In this document: piece by piece, positions 45,258-54,409 of the stretch
How the letters are laid out: every line of letters begins with the position of its first letter
How positions within the stretch are numbered: the stretch's first letter is position 1
Source: an uncultured Myxococcaceae bacterium
GTDB lineage: Bacteria; Myxococcota_A; Polyangia; Polyangiales; Ga0077539
DNA: 64,000 nt
Reading direction: 5' to 3'
NCBI GenBank assembly: GCA_966211675.1
Contig: CBIHPK010000001.1
Location: 27,814 to 91,813, forward strand
Translations under genes and position numbers: made by a program
The notes under the pieces: generated by a model
What the model was told of the DNA's origin: nothing
Database searches by the model: none
What the model saw: only the letters and a program-made list of their open reading frames with translations

Positions 45258-46312
45258 CCCTGGCGGCGCTGGTGGGGTGCGGGGCCGCGCGGTTCCGCCC
45301 GCCGCCTCGCGTCGCCTGCGCCGTCGGCACGCAGCAGGGTCTCCCCACCCCCCACCTGGCCTGGAACGGCCACGGCTGGAGCGCCCTCGTCCTCGACGGC
45401 CGCACCCTCTACCTCCGCGGTCTGCGCCCCGACGGCGCGGTCTCCGGCGAGCCCCTGGCGTTGTCCCATGACGCCGACGGCCTCGACCGCGCGGCGATGA
45501 CCGTCGTCCACGGCACCCACCGCATCGCCTTCGCCACCCGCGAGGACGCCACGGTGCAGGTAGTCAGGGTGGCCGAGGGGAGCGACCCCACGGTGGCCTC
45601 GCTCGACGCCGCGCTCACCGGCAAGGTCGCGGTGGTGGCGAGGCCGGAGAGCAGCTCGGTCCCGGCGGCGGTCTTCCTGGAGACGGTGCGGGGCACCGAG
45701 CGGGCGATGATCGAGGAGGACGGCGACCTCGGGGCGACCGCTCGCTGCCCCGCCGGGGTGGTGCCCGACGCGGTGATGGCCGCGGGCGACGGCTTCGTGG
45801 CGCTGGTGGCGGGCGAGCGATCGGGGCTCACCGCGGTGTGGCTCGACGACGCCTGCCAGGAGCGCTCCCGCGCGGTGCTCTCGCAGGACGCGGGTGCCGT
45901 CCACTGGCGCGAGCTCAGCCCCGGTCCGATGGGTCCCTGGGTGGCCTTCACCGATGGCAACCGCGCGGCCTGGTTCGCGGCGCTGGGCGCCCGCGGCGGG
46001 CTGCGGGTGCCCCCTCGTCGGCTGGAGGGCGCCATCGAGCGCCCGTCGATCCTGGTGGGCTTGGACGACGCGGGCGCCATGCGCTCGCTGACCGTACTGG
46101 GCATCCGGCGCACGGAGATCGACGCGCGGCTGGTGACCCTCCAATACGACCAGGAGGCCCGCTTCGTGGACCTCCGCACGCTCCTCAACGACCCGGTGCG
46201 CACGCTCGACGTGGTGGCGCCAACCCCCTGGGGCGGAGCGCTCATCGGATATCAGCGCAACGCCGTCGCGGGCTCCATGGGCTATTCGTTCCTGCTTCGG
46301 ATGTGCCCATGA
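45215..46312 (+). CDS. Hypothetical lipoprotein (365 aa)
   Basis: Internal start MAERGVCSSIAGALTLAALVGC carries a lipobox. Ordinary composition. The start overlaps the amylase 3' end by 43 nt, and the stop overlaps the next start as ATGA. Confidence 0.65.
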   Translation: MAERGVCSSIAGALTLAALVGCGAARFRPPPRVACAVGTQQGLPTPHLAWNGHGWSALVLDGRTLYLRGLRPDGAVSGEPLALSHDADGLDRAAMTVVHGTHRIAFATREDATVQVVRVAEGSDPTVASLDAALTGKVAVVARPESSSVPAAVFLETVRGTERAMIEEDGDLGATARCPAGVVPDAVMAAGDGFVALVAGERSGLTAVWLDDACQERSRAVLSQDAGAVHWRELSPGPMGPWVAFTDGNRAAWFAALGARGGLRVPPRRLEGAIERPSILVGLDDAGAMRSLTVLGIRRTEIDARLVTLQYDQEARFVDLRTLLNDPVRTLDVVAPTPWGGALIGYQRNAVAGSMGYSFLLRMCP

Positions 46313-47499
46313 ACCCGCTTCGTGGAGTGCGGGTGCTCGACCTGACCCGGATGCTCGCGGGCCCCTATGGCACCATGCTCCTGGCCGACCTCGGGGCCGA
46401 GGTGTTGAAGGTCGAGCGCCCCGGCTCGGGCGACGAGATCCGCGCGGTGGGCCCTCACTTCCTCCATGGGGAGAGCGTCTATTTCCTCTCGGTCAACCGC
46501 GGCAAGCGCTCGGTGGCGCTCGACCTCTCCCGTCCGGAGGGTCGCTCCCTGCTGCGCCGCCTCGCGGCTCGCTGCGACGTCGTGGTGGAGAACTTCCGCG
46601 CCGGGGTGGCCGAGCGCCTCGGCTGCGACGCCGCGACGCTCATGGCCGACAACCCCCGGCTGATCGTCTGTGGCATCACGGCCTTCGGTCGCACCGGCCC
46701 GGACCGCGACCTGCCCGCCTTCGACCTCACCCTTCAAGCGCGCGGGGGAATGATGGGATTGACCGGCGAGCCCGACGGCGAGCCGGTGCGCTGCGGCGTC
46801 CCCATGGGCGACCTCGCGGGAGGCCTCTTCTCGGCGCTGGCGGTGAGCGCGGCCCTCTACGAGCGCGAGCGCACCGGCGTCGGTCGCTTCATCGACCTGT
46901 CGCTGCTCGACTGCCAGGTAGGGCTCTTGACCTACGCCGCGGGCAATTGGCTGATGGCGGGCGACGACATGGGCCGCCAGGGATCGGGCCACGCCCACGC
47001 GATCCCCTATCAGCGCTTCGCGACGAGCGACGGGCACCTGGTGGTGGCGGTGTTCACCGACGCGTTCTGGCCCGGGTTCTGCCGGGCGCTGGGCTGTCCG
47101 GAGTGGGCCTCCGATCGACGCTATGCCACCCACGCGGCGCGCCGTGAGCGCATGGGCGAGGTGCAGTCGCTCATCGGACAACGATTGTCCGAAGAGGGCA
47201 CTGCGCACTGGCTCTCTCGCCTCTACGAAGAGGGCGTTCCCGCCGCGCCGGTGCAGCGGGTGTCCGAGGTGTGCGCCGACCCGCAGGTGCTGGCCCGGGG
47301 GATGGTGGCGACGATGGAGCACCCCACCGCGGGGACCGTGCGCACCGCGGGCGACCCGCTGCGCGCGGGGGAGGAGCGCCGGGAGGGCTTCCTCGCGGCG
47401 CCGGTGCTGGGGGCGGACACGGACGCGGTGCTGGGGGGATTGCTGGGACTCGATCCCTCCGAGCTGGCCGGGCTGAGGGCGAGTGGGGTTGTCGGGTGA
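46309..47499 (+). CDS. Family III CoA-transferase (CaiB/BaiF type)
   Basis: GVRVLDLTRMLAGPYGTMLLADLGAEVLKVERP, VVVENFRAGV and GDLAGG are typical of the family. Confidence 0.9.
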   Translation: MNPLRGVRVLDLTRMLAGPYGTMLLADLGAEVLKVERPGSGDEIRAVGPHFLHGESVYFLSVNRGKRSVALDLSRPEGRSLLRRLAARCDVVVENFRAGVAERLGCDAATLMADNPRLIVCGITAFGRTGPDRDLPAFDLTLQARGGMMGLTGEPDGEPVRCGVPMGDLAGGLFSALAVSAALYERERTGVGRFIDLSLLDCQVGLLTYAAGNWLMAGDDMGRQGSGHAHAIPYQRFATSDGHLVVAVFTDAFWPGFCRALGCPEWASDRRYATHAARRERMGEVQSLIGQRLSEEGTAHWLSRLYEEGVPAAPVQRVSEVCADPQVLARGMVATMEHPTAGTVRTAGDPLRAGEERREGFLAAPVLGADTDAVLGGLLGLDPSELAGLRASGVVG

Positions 47500-47512
47500 G
47501 AGGGGTAGTCGG

Positions 47513-48253
47513 ATGACCATCGTGCTGCATCGATTTCCGCTGAGTCACTTCTCCGAGAAGGCGCGGGTGATGCTCGACTTCAAGGGCCTCGACTACCGCG
47601 TGGTGGAGCACAGCCCCGGGCCCGACCAGCTCGCCATCATGAAGCTCTCCGGGCAGCGCAAGGTGCCGGTGCTGGAGCACGACGGGAGCGTGATCCACGA
47701 CTCGACGGCGATCGCGCTCTACCTGGAGCACGCCTTCCCCGGCACCCGCCCGATGCTCCCTTCGGACTTCGTCCAGCGCCGCGCGGTGCTCGACCTGGAG
47801 GAGCGCCTCGACGCCGTGCTGGGCCCTCGCGTGCCGGGCATCGCGGCGGACGAGGCCTTGCGCGACGGAGACCTCTGGGCCGACGTGGGGACGGCCTCGC
47901 TGGGCAAGCCGAGGGTCCCCCGGCTGCTGGTGCGGGCGGTGGGCTGGGTGGCCCGCCCGGCGACCTTCGTCCCCGGGGTGCGACGGCAGCTGGACGAGGC
48001 GCGCACGACGGTCCGAGCGATGCTGGTCGAGCTCTGCGAGCGCATCGCGGAGAAGGGCTACCTGTGCGGGCCGGAGCCCACGATGGCCGACCTCACGGCG
48101 GCCGGCCTGACGATGCTGTTGAAGATCCCGGACTCGAAGCACAACGCCCTCCCCGAGCGGGTGGGCCAAGGCGTGCGGGAGTTCATCAACGACCCGGTGC
48201 TGGGGAGGTTCTTCGACTGGCGAGACCGGCTCTACGCCGATCTGTTGAAGTAG
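47513..48253 (+). CDS. Glutathione S-transferase family protein
   Basis: Thioredoxin-like N-terminal domain: LHRFPLSHFSEKARVMLDFKGLDY...KVPVLEHDGSVIHDSTAIALYLE. Helical C-terminal domain. Confidence 0.82.
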   Translation: MTIVLHRFPLSHFSEKARVMLDFKGLDYRVVEHSPGPDQLAIMKLSGQRKVPVLEHDGSVIHDSTAIALYLEHAFPGTRPMLPSDFVQRRAVLDLEERLDAVLGPRVPGIAADEALRDGDLWADVGTASLGKPRVPRLLVRAVGWVARPATFVPGVRRQLDEARTTVRAMLVELCERIAEKGYLCGPEPTMADLTAAGLTMLLKIPDSKHNALPERVGQGVREFINDPVLGRFFDWRDRLYADLLK

Positions 48254-48311
48254 GGACGACGTAGACGGTCTACAGCGGCTTGCGCCACCCACGAACAGCG
48301 ACGCGCCCGGT

Positions 48312-50384
48312 CTACTTCCCGTTGGTGGCCTTGAAGGACAGGTAGGTCTGCTCCTTCAGGCCGCGCTCGTAGTCCGCGAGGAGGCGCATGCCCTCCTGCG
48401 GGCGCAGCCGGTCGGCCTTGATGGCCTGATCGATCTGCGACTTCATCTTCTGCGCGAGGTTGTTGGGGAAATACTGGGTCATCGCCAGCACCTCCGCGAC
48501 GGTGTTACCCGGCAGGGTCTCTTCGATGTAGTAGCCCCGCTCGTCGTCCTCATCGAGGAAGACGTGCACCTCGTTCACGCGGCCGAAGAGGTTGTGCAGG
48601 TCGCCCATGATGTCCTGATAGGCGCCCGTCAGGAAGATGCCGAGGTAGTACGGGGAGTTCGTCACCTCGTGCAGGCGCAGCGTGTCGCGCGTGTCGCTGA
48701 GGTCGATGAACTTCGACACCTTCCCGTCGGAGTCGCAGGTGATGTCCACCAGCGTGGTCTCCAGCGTGGGCTCCTCGTTCAGGCGATGAATGGGGACGAT
48801 CGGGAAGAGCTGCCCCAGCGCCCAGTGGTCCAGCAGCGACTGGAACACCGAGAAGTTGCAGATGTGCTGGTCCGCGAGCTGGTTGTCGAGGTCGCCGAGC
48901 TCGTCCGGGCGCTCCTCCGGGTCGAGGGTCTTCGCGCGGTTCTGGATGGCCTCGGCGATCTCCCAGTAGAGCGACTCGACGCGGGCCTTCACCGTGAGGT
49001 CGAGCATCCCCAGCTCGAACATCTTCTGCGAAGACTCCTTGATGTCCGTGAGGTCATGCCAGCTCTCCATCAGGTTGCGGTCCGTGAGGTGTCGCTGGAT
49101 GTAGAGCAGGTCGCGGATGAGCTTGTGGTCCACCGGCGGCGACTGCGCGGGCTCGCTCGGGGTCTTCTCGATGGAGCCGAAGGCCTCCACCACCAGCACC
49201 GAGTGGTGCGCCACCACGGCGCGGCCGGACTCGCTCACGATGGTCGGGTGCGCCACCTTCTCTTCATCACAGATGTCCATGATGTTGTAGACGATGTTGT
49301 CGGCATACTCCTGCACCGTGTAGTTCATTGAACTATGGAAGGTGCTGGCGCTCCCGTCGTAGTCGACGGCCAGTCCGCCGCCCACGTCGATGTACTCCAC
49401 CTCGTGGCCCATCTGGCGGAGCTTGGCGTAGTACCGCGCGGCCTCGCGCACCGCGCGCTTCATGATCAGGATGTCGGGCACCTGCGACCCGATGTGGAAG
49501 TGCAGCAGCTTGAAGGCCCCGGGCATCCCGGCCTCGCGCAGCATCAGGCACGCGTCGAGGATCTCCGCCGTGCTCAGACCGAACTTCGCGTGCTCTCCGC
49601 CCGACGTGGCCCACTTGCCCGCGCCCTTGGCCAGCAGCCGGACGCGCAGCCCCACCATCGGCTCGACGCTCATCTCCTTGGCGACGCGGATGATCGCCGC
49701 GACCTCGGCGAGCTTCTCCGCCACCAGGATCACCCGCTTGCCCAGCTTGCGCCCCACCAGCGCGGTGCGGATGAAGGTGTCGTCCTTGTAGCCGTTGCAG
49801 ACGATGAGCGACTCCGGGTCGCTGTGCTGCGAGAGCCCGGCGAACACCTCGGGCTTCGAGCCCACCTCGATGCCGTAGTGGAAGGGCTCGCCCGCCACCA
49901 GGATCTCCTCCAGCACCTCGCGGAGCTGGTTGACCTTGATGGGGTACACGCCGCGATACACGCCCTGGTATCGGTTCTCCGCGATGGCGCGGATGAAGGC
50001 GCCGTTGATCGCCCGCACCCGGTGGTGGAGGATGTCCTGGAAGCGGATGAGCAGGGGGGTCTGGAAGCCCTCCTCTCGCGCCTCCTTCACCACCTCCAGC
50101 AGCGGAATCGAGGCGCCCTGCTCCTGGAGCGGCCGGGCCGCCATGTTGCCATCGGCGTTGACGGTGAAGTACCCCGATCCCCACCGGTCGATGAGGTAGA
50201 GGGCCAGGGCGTCATCGACGGTCCAGGGCGTGGGCTCGGTGGAGTCGGCGGCGGGGGCGGGAGCGGGCGTAGCGTCCAATGAATCAAGACCCTTCTTGCT
50301 GCGAAATGGAGCGGCCCCGGTGGTCGGGGCCTTCGCAAGCGGCGCGATTGTGGGCAAGCGCACCCTTGCGTCAAGGCCCACCAA
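48312..50384 (-). CDS. speA: Biosynthetic arginine decarboxylase
   Basis: Strong SpeA-like sequence throughout (YPIKVNQ, HIGSQ, GGGLAVDYDG, CDSDG). The start is uncertain. The track ORF begins at TTG 50384; an in-frame TTG at 50279 is preceded by AAGAAGGG and would give 655 aa. Confidence 0.9.
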   Translation of the reverse strand: MVGLDARVRLPTIAPLAKAPTTGAAPFRSKKGLDSLDATPAPAPAADSTEPTPWTVDDALALYLIDRWGSGYFTVNADGNMAARPLQEQGASIPLLEVVKEAREEGFQTPLLIRFQDILHHRVRAINGAFIRAIAENRYQGVYRGVYPIKVNQLREVLEEILVAGEPFHYGIEVGSKPEVFAGLSQHSDPESLIVCNGYKDDTFIRTALVGRKLGKRVILVAEKLAEVAAIIRVAKEMSVEPMVGLRVRLLAKGAGKWATSGGEHAKFGLSTAEILDACLMLREAGMPGAFKLLHFHIGSQVPDILIMKRAVREAARYYAKLRQMGHEVEYIDVGGGLAVDYDGSASTFHSSMNYTVQEYADNIVYNIMDICDEEKVAHPTIVSESGRAVVAHHSVLVVEAFGSIEKTPSEPAQSPPVDHKLIRDLLYIQRHLTDRNLMESWHDLTDIKESSQKMFELGMLDLTVKARVESLYWEIAEAIQNRAKTLDPEERPDELGDLDNQLADQHICNFSVFQSLLDHWALGQLFPIVPIHRLNEEPTLETTLVDITCDSDGKVSKFIDLSDTRDTLRLHEVTNSPYYLGIFLTGAYQDIMGDLHNLFGRVNEVHVFLDEDDERGYYIEETLPGNTVAEVLAMTQYFPNNLAQKMKSQIDQAIKADRLRPQEGMRLLADYERGLKEQTYLSFKATNGK

Positions 50385-50437
50385 CGACTGTCACGCGATC
50401 TCCGTCAGAACAGCGCCCGCCGCGCTACGCTCGCGCG

Positions 50438-52099
50438 GTGCTGCGACCCGGTACCGCCCTCTGCCTCACCGCCCTGATCGCCGCCTGCGACGCGCCCGCC
50501 ACCCCATCGGACGCCGGCCGCGACGCGGCGCTTACAGACCTCGGTAAGCCCACCGACCGCCCCGCCCCGCTCGACGCCCCCGCGGTCGATGTCCCCGCGG
50601 ATGTCGGCAACGATGTCCCCTCGGTCGATGTCCCGCCCGACGTGCCCTCGGTGGACTCCGGTCCGCCGGGCTGCTTCAGCGTGCGCGGTGCTGCGCTGCT
50701 CCCGGCGGCGGGTCGAGAGCTCGGCCCCCACGCGGCGCAGTCCCTCGTCTACGACGCCGCCCGCGGGGCCCTGGTCCTCGCGCCTTCGACTCGCCCCGGT
50801 CCCTTCGTCGAGGACCGCCCCCTGCCGCGCGGCGCCCTCGACTCCGACGGCTTCGTGATGGACGGCTGGTGGTACCTGCTCGGCGGCCAGACCGACGCGA
50901 CGCACACCTCCACCGAGCTCCTCGCCGCCCCGGTGCAGGCCGACGGCACCCTCGGCGCGTGGAGCGCCCGCACCCCGTATCCGCTGCCGTTGCTCGATCA
51001 CATCGTGCTCGCTCACGCGGGCCGCGCCTACCTCACCGGCGGCGCCCAGGACCTCGGCGGCGACAACGTCCGCCAGCTCACCGCCGCGCGCTGGGCCGCC
51101 CCCTCCGCGGGCGACATCCCCCTCTGGAACACCGCCCCGGACAACCCCGTCCGCCGCTTCGGCCACGAGGCCGTCCTCGCCGCGGGCTTCCTCTACACCC
51201 TCGGCGGCGACGACGGCGACCTCGCCACGGACGACGTCTCCGTGGCCCCGATCCTCCCCGACGGCTCCCTCGGACCGTGGCGCCGCACCACTCCTTTACC
51301 CGATGGGGTAAACCAGTTCCTCGCCGGGGCGGGCACCTCGCGACACCTCTGGGCCTTCGGAGGCTGCCGCCGCAAGGACTGCGAGACCGTCTCCAACATC
51401 GAGCGCCGGATGTTCGTCGCCGACATCCAGACCGACGGGACCCTCTCCGCGTGGCGCCTCGCGGGTCAGCTCCCGGTCGCCAACTACGACCAGAAGGTGG
51501 TGGTCACCGGCGGCCGCGTGGTGATGGCGGGCGGTCGCGCGGGCGGTCGCTCCCGCTGCGGCGACGCGGGCGGCGACAACTACGACGGCGTCTGGTGGGC
51601 CGAGCTGCGCCCCGACGGAACCCTCGGCCCATGGGAGTCCGGCGCCCCGCTCGGCGTCGCGCTGCCGCGCGTGCGCAGCGACCAGGTGATGCGCGTCGAC
51701 CACCTCGGCCAGCTCTGGGTGCTGGGCGGCCGCACCTCCTGCATCGGCGCCGAGACCGCCGACCGCAACAACACCTTCCCCCGCGAGGTGTGGCGCTCCG
51801 CGTCGGTGACCACCTCCGGCCGGGCCCGCGTGGGCTCCTGGCTCTCGGGCCCGCTCACCGTGGCCTCGGGCCGGGCGACCTCGCTCCGCTGGGACGCCGA
51901 CGGCGAGGTCACCGTGCAGGTCCGCTTCGAGCGCGACGCCGCCCCGGACACCTGGAACGCCTGGACCATCGCCCCCACCTCCGCCCGCTCGATGCCCCTC
52001 GGCGACGGCGTGCGCCGGGTGCAGGTGCTCGCCACCTTCGTAGGCGACGGCGTCGTGACCCCGGCGCTGCGCTCGGTCACCCTCGACTGCGCCCCGTGA
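50438..52099 (+). CDS. Kelch/beta-propeller-repeat lipoprotein
   Basis: GTG start giving MLRPGTALCLTALIAACD (lipobox). An acidic DVPxVD spacer. Repeated units of the form ...W.LGG...DGTLG.W....PLP... Confidence 0.78.
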   Translation: MLRPGTALCLTALIAACDAPATPSDAGRDAALTDLGKPTDRPAPLDAPAVDVPADVGNDVPSVDVPPDVPSVDSGPPGCFSVRGAALLPAAGRELGPHAAQSLVYDAARGALVLAPSTRPGPFVEDRPLPRGALDSDGFVMDGWWYLLGGQTDATHTSTELLAAPVQADGTLGAWSARTPYPLPLLDHIVLAHAGRAYLTGGAQDLGGDNVRQLTAARWAAPSAGDIPLWNTAPDNPVRRFGHEAVLAAGFLYTLGGDDGDLATDDVSVAPILPDGSLGPWRRTTPLPDGVNQFLAGAGTSRHLWAFGGCRRKDCETVSNIERRMFVADIQTDGTLSAWRLAGQLPVANYDQKVVVTGGRVVMAGGRAGGRSRCGDAGGDNYDGVWWAELRPDGTLGPWESGAPLGVALPRVRSDQVMRVDHLGQLWVLGGRTSCIGAETADRNNTFPREVWRSASVTTSGRARVGSWLSGPLTVASGRATSLRWDADGEVTVQVRFERDAAPDTWNAWTIAPTSARSMPLGDGVRRVQVLATFVGDGVVTPALRSVTLDCAP

Positions 52100-52872
52100 A
52101 GACCCTCCTGCCCATCCCTGCGCCGCCCTCCGCCGGCGAGGTCTTACTGTGCTGTGTAAACATCCCCCGGCGCCTCCCGGCGGAGGTCACCGAACGGCTG
52201 CGCCTCGCGCTGCCGGACGAAGAATGTGCGCGCCACGCACGGTTCGGCGACGAGGGTGCGGCGGGGGAGTTCCTGTGCGGCCGGGCGCTGCTGAGGGCGG
52301 TGCTCTCGACCTGGGCGCCGGTCGACCGTCGCGAGTGGCGCTTCTCGCTCAACGCCCACGGCCGACCGGGCATCGCCGCGCCCTCGTCTCCGCTGCACTT
52401 CAACCTCTCGCACACCCGGGGGATGGTCGTGCTGGCGCTCGGTCCCGACCCCTCCGTCGGGGTCGACGTCGAGCGCCTCGACCGCTCGGTGCGGCCCATG
52501 GAGGTCGCCGACCGCTTCTTCTCTCCCCTCGAGGTCGAAGGGCTCCGCGCGCTCCCGACCGAGCGCCACCGCGACCGCTTCCTCGCCCTCTGGACCTTGA
52601 AGGAGGCCTACATCAAGGCCCGCGGGATGGGCCTCGCGCTGCCGCTGCGGGACTTCTCCTTCTCGCCCGACGAGGCACCTCCGCGGGTGCGCTTCGAGCC
52701 CTCCCTCCACGACGACGAGGACCGCTGGCGCTTCGAGCGCGTCGACCTGGACTCCGGGCATCGCGTCGCCGTGGCGGCCCGCGTCCCACGCCTGACCGTC
52801 CAGCTCTCACGGGTTGACCTGGAGGCCCTGGCGAGCCACGTCGGGTTGCCCCACACCGCAGCCGCGGTGTAG
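52096..52872 (+). CDS. 4'-phosphopantetheinyl transferase (Sfp type)
   Basis: FNLSHTRGMVVLAL...VGVDVE and WTLKEAYIKARG motifs. The GTG at 52096 overlaps the Kelch stop as GTGA. Confidence 0.85.
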   Translation: MKTLLPIPAPPSAGEVLLCCVNIPRRLPAEVTERLRLALPDEECARHARFGDEGAAGEFLCGRALLRAVLSTWAPVDRREWRFSLNAHGRPGIAAPSSPLHFNLSHTRGMVVLALGPDPSVGVDVERLDRSVRPMEVADRFFSPLEVEGLRALPTERHRDRFLALWTLKEAYIKARGMGLALPLRDFSFSPDEAPPRVRFEPSLHDDEDRWRFERVDLDSGHRVAVAARVPRLTVQLSRVDLEALASHVGLPHTAAAV

Positions 52873-52909
52873 AACCTGAACCTCGATCCCCGAGAAGGAG
52901 CATTCCGCC

Positions 52910-53098
52910 ATGTTGGGTCTTGGACCGTCTGAGCTCGTCGTGATCCTGCTGTTGGTGGTGCTCATCTTCGGGGCCACGAAGATTCCGCAGCTCGGTCGCG
53001 GGCTGGGCGAGGGCATCAGCAATTTCAAGCGCGGCCTGCGCGAGGGCAACGACTCCTCCGCCGAGACGCCGCCTCCGCCCTCTGGCAAGTCCGTCTGA
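52910..53098 (+). CDS. tatA: Twin-arginine translocase subunit TatA/E
   Basis: MLGLGPSELVVILLLVVLIFGATKIPQLGRGLGEGISNFKRG is the canonical TatA TM-hinge-amphipathic-helix pattern. GAAGGAG lies about 9 nt upstream. Confidence 0.92.
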   Translation: MLGLGPSELVVILLLVVLIFGATKIPQLGRGLGEGISNFKRGLREGNDSSAETPPPPSGKSV

Positions 53099-53152
53099 GA
53101 TCCCCTTCGCCCACGCCGTCCAACCCTCCCTACGTCCAACCTGTAGAGATTG

Positions 53153-53596
53153 ATGTTCCGTCTCCTCGTCGCGCTCGACTTCAGCGACTGCCCCCCGCCC
53201 ACCCTCCACCCCGCCCTGGCGGCCGCCGCGCGGGCGGCGCCCGCCGAGCTCCATGTGATGACGGTGATCGCGCCGGACCACGACGACCTCGCCTCCATGA
53301 GCTCGTCCGAGCACGCTTGCGATGAGCTGCGCCGGCTGGTGGAGGGAGAGCGGGTCCGCCACGCGCCCTCCAACGCCGTGCGGCTGCAGTTCTCCGCGCA
53401 GCCCGGAACCTCCCCCGCGGAGACCATCGTCGCCCACGCCTACGCCATCCACGCCGACGTGGTGGTGGTCGGCACCCACGGCCGCCGCGGCCTCGACCGG
53501 CTCCTGCTGGGCAGCGTCGCCGAGGCGGTCGTGCGCCACGCCCCCTGCTCGGTGCTCACGGTGAAGCCCCGGCTGCACCGCCCCGCCGAGGGCTGA
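53153..53596 (+). CDS. Universal stress protein (UspA family)
   Basis: LLVALDFS at the N-terminus and VVVGTHGRRGLDRLLLGSVAEAVVRHAPCSVLTV at the C-terminus. Confidence 0.85.
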   Translation: MFRLLVALDFSDCPPPTLHPALAAAARAAPAELHVMTVIAPDHDDLASMSSSEHACDELRRLVEGERVRHAPSNAVRLQFSAQPGTSPAETIVAHAYAIHADVVVVGTHGRRGLDRLLLGSVAEAVVRHAPCSVLTVKPRLHRPAEG

Positions 53597-53608
53597 ACCC
53601 GCTCCCTC

Positions 53609-53639
53609 CCGGACGCCCAGGGGGGGGGTGGCGTCTCGG
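53609..53639 (+). terminator. GC-rich hairpin 13 nt after the usp stop (weak terminator candidate)
   Basis: ccGGACGCC pairs with GGCGTCtcgg: six perfect pairs plus three more after a 1-nt bulge, around a 12-nt G-rich loop. No U tract follows. Confidence 0.2.
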
Positions 53640-53740
53640 GTGGCCGGTGTGGCGGACGCGAGAGCCACCGCGATCGACCGCTCCCTCTCTTGAAACGCGG
53701 GCCCCTCCGGGCGGAACATCCATTGCTGAGGCTGCCGCCC

Positions 53741-54409
53741 ATGCCCTGTCCCGCCCGCATCGGAGTCGCGCTGACCGCCCTGGTCGCGTCGTCGCTCGCG
53801 TCCGCTCCGGCGTTCGCTCAGAGCGGCGCCGACTCGCTGGCGACGGGGCTCTACGCGAGGGCGGGCTTCGTGCTGAGCAGCTTCGACCCGAGCCAGATGC
53901 TCTTCCTCCCGCAGCGGGTGCACGGCGGCATTGGCCCGGCGGGCCTCACGGGCAAGCAGCTCGGCTTCGGCGAGATGGCGCTCGCGGGCTTCACCGCGGG
54001 CATCGGCTTCGACGCGCGCTGGTTCTATGTGCGGGTGGGCGCGGACATCTATGAGTTCCCGGAGATCCGCGGCGAACACGAGCACGACTTCCGGGCGCGC
54101 TTCACCACGCTGGCGTGGGTGAGCGCGGGGCCCCGGCTGCGGCTCGGGCCGGTGGTGCTCAACGCCGGCGTGCGCGCGGGCGCCCTGCTCATGAACGTCA
54201 CCGAGGTGGGCCCCACCCGAGAGGGCCGCGAGTACAGCGCCGTCGACGGGGTGTTTGCGCTCGACCTGGGCGCGCAGTGGCGGCCGCTGCGGTGGTTCGA
54301 GCTCGACGCCAGCGTGGGGCAGGACTTCTTCACGCGCACCGGAGCGACGACCTTCTCCGTCGCCGCCAGCTTCGGCTGGAGCCGCGGCCCGACGCTCACA
54401 CGCCGATGA
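53741..54409 (+). CDS. Secreted hypothetical protein, possibly an outer-membrane beta-barrel
   Basis: Internal start MPCPARIGVALTALVASSLASAPAFA is a signal peptide. Alternating hydrophobic/aromatic beta-strand-like segments. The end is ...SVAASFGW plus a short tail. Confidence 0.55.
   Translation: MPCPARIGVALTALVASSLASAPAFAQSGADSLATGLYARAGFVLSSFDPSQMLFLPQRVHGGIGPAGLTGKQLGFGEMALAGFTAGIGFDARWFYVRVGADIYEFPEIRGEHEHDFRARFTTLAWVSAGPRLRLGPVVLNAGVRAGALLMNVTEVGPTREGREYSAVDGVFALDLGAQWRPLRWFELDASVGQDFFTRTGATTFSVAASFGWSRGPTLTRR

Noticed and set aside
48254-48311. GTAGAC-G-GTCTAC palindrome between the GST and speA 3' ends as a terminator
   Set aside because: A 1-nt centre cannot form a stable RNA hairpin loop, and the stem is only 6 bp. 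It is probably incidental.
52910-53098. Orphan tatA without adjacent tatB/tatC as an anomaly
   Set aside because: Unlinked tatA/E copies are common in bacteria, so this is not unusual enough to report as a finding.
53713-53727. Sigma-54-like element cGGAACatccaTTGCt (GG-N10-GC spacing) upstream of the secreted-protein gene
   Set aside because: Only the GG/GC dinucleotides and TTGC match. The predicted transcription start would fall within about 3 nt of the ATG at 53741. With no enhancer-binding-protein site identified, this is too weak to annotate.
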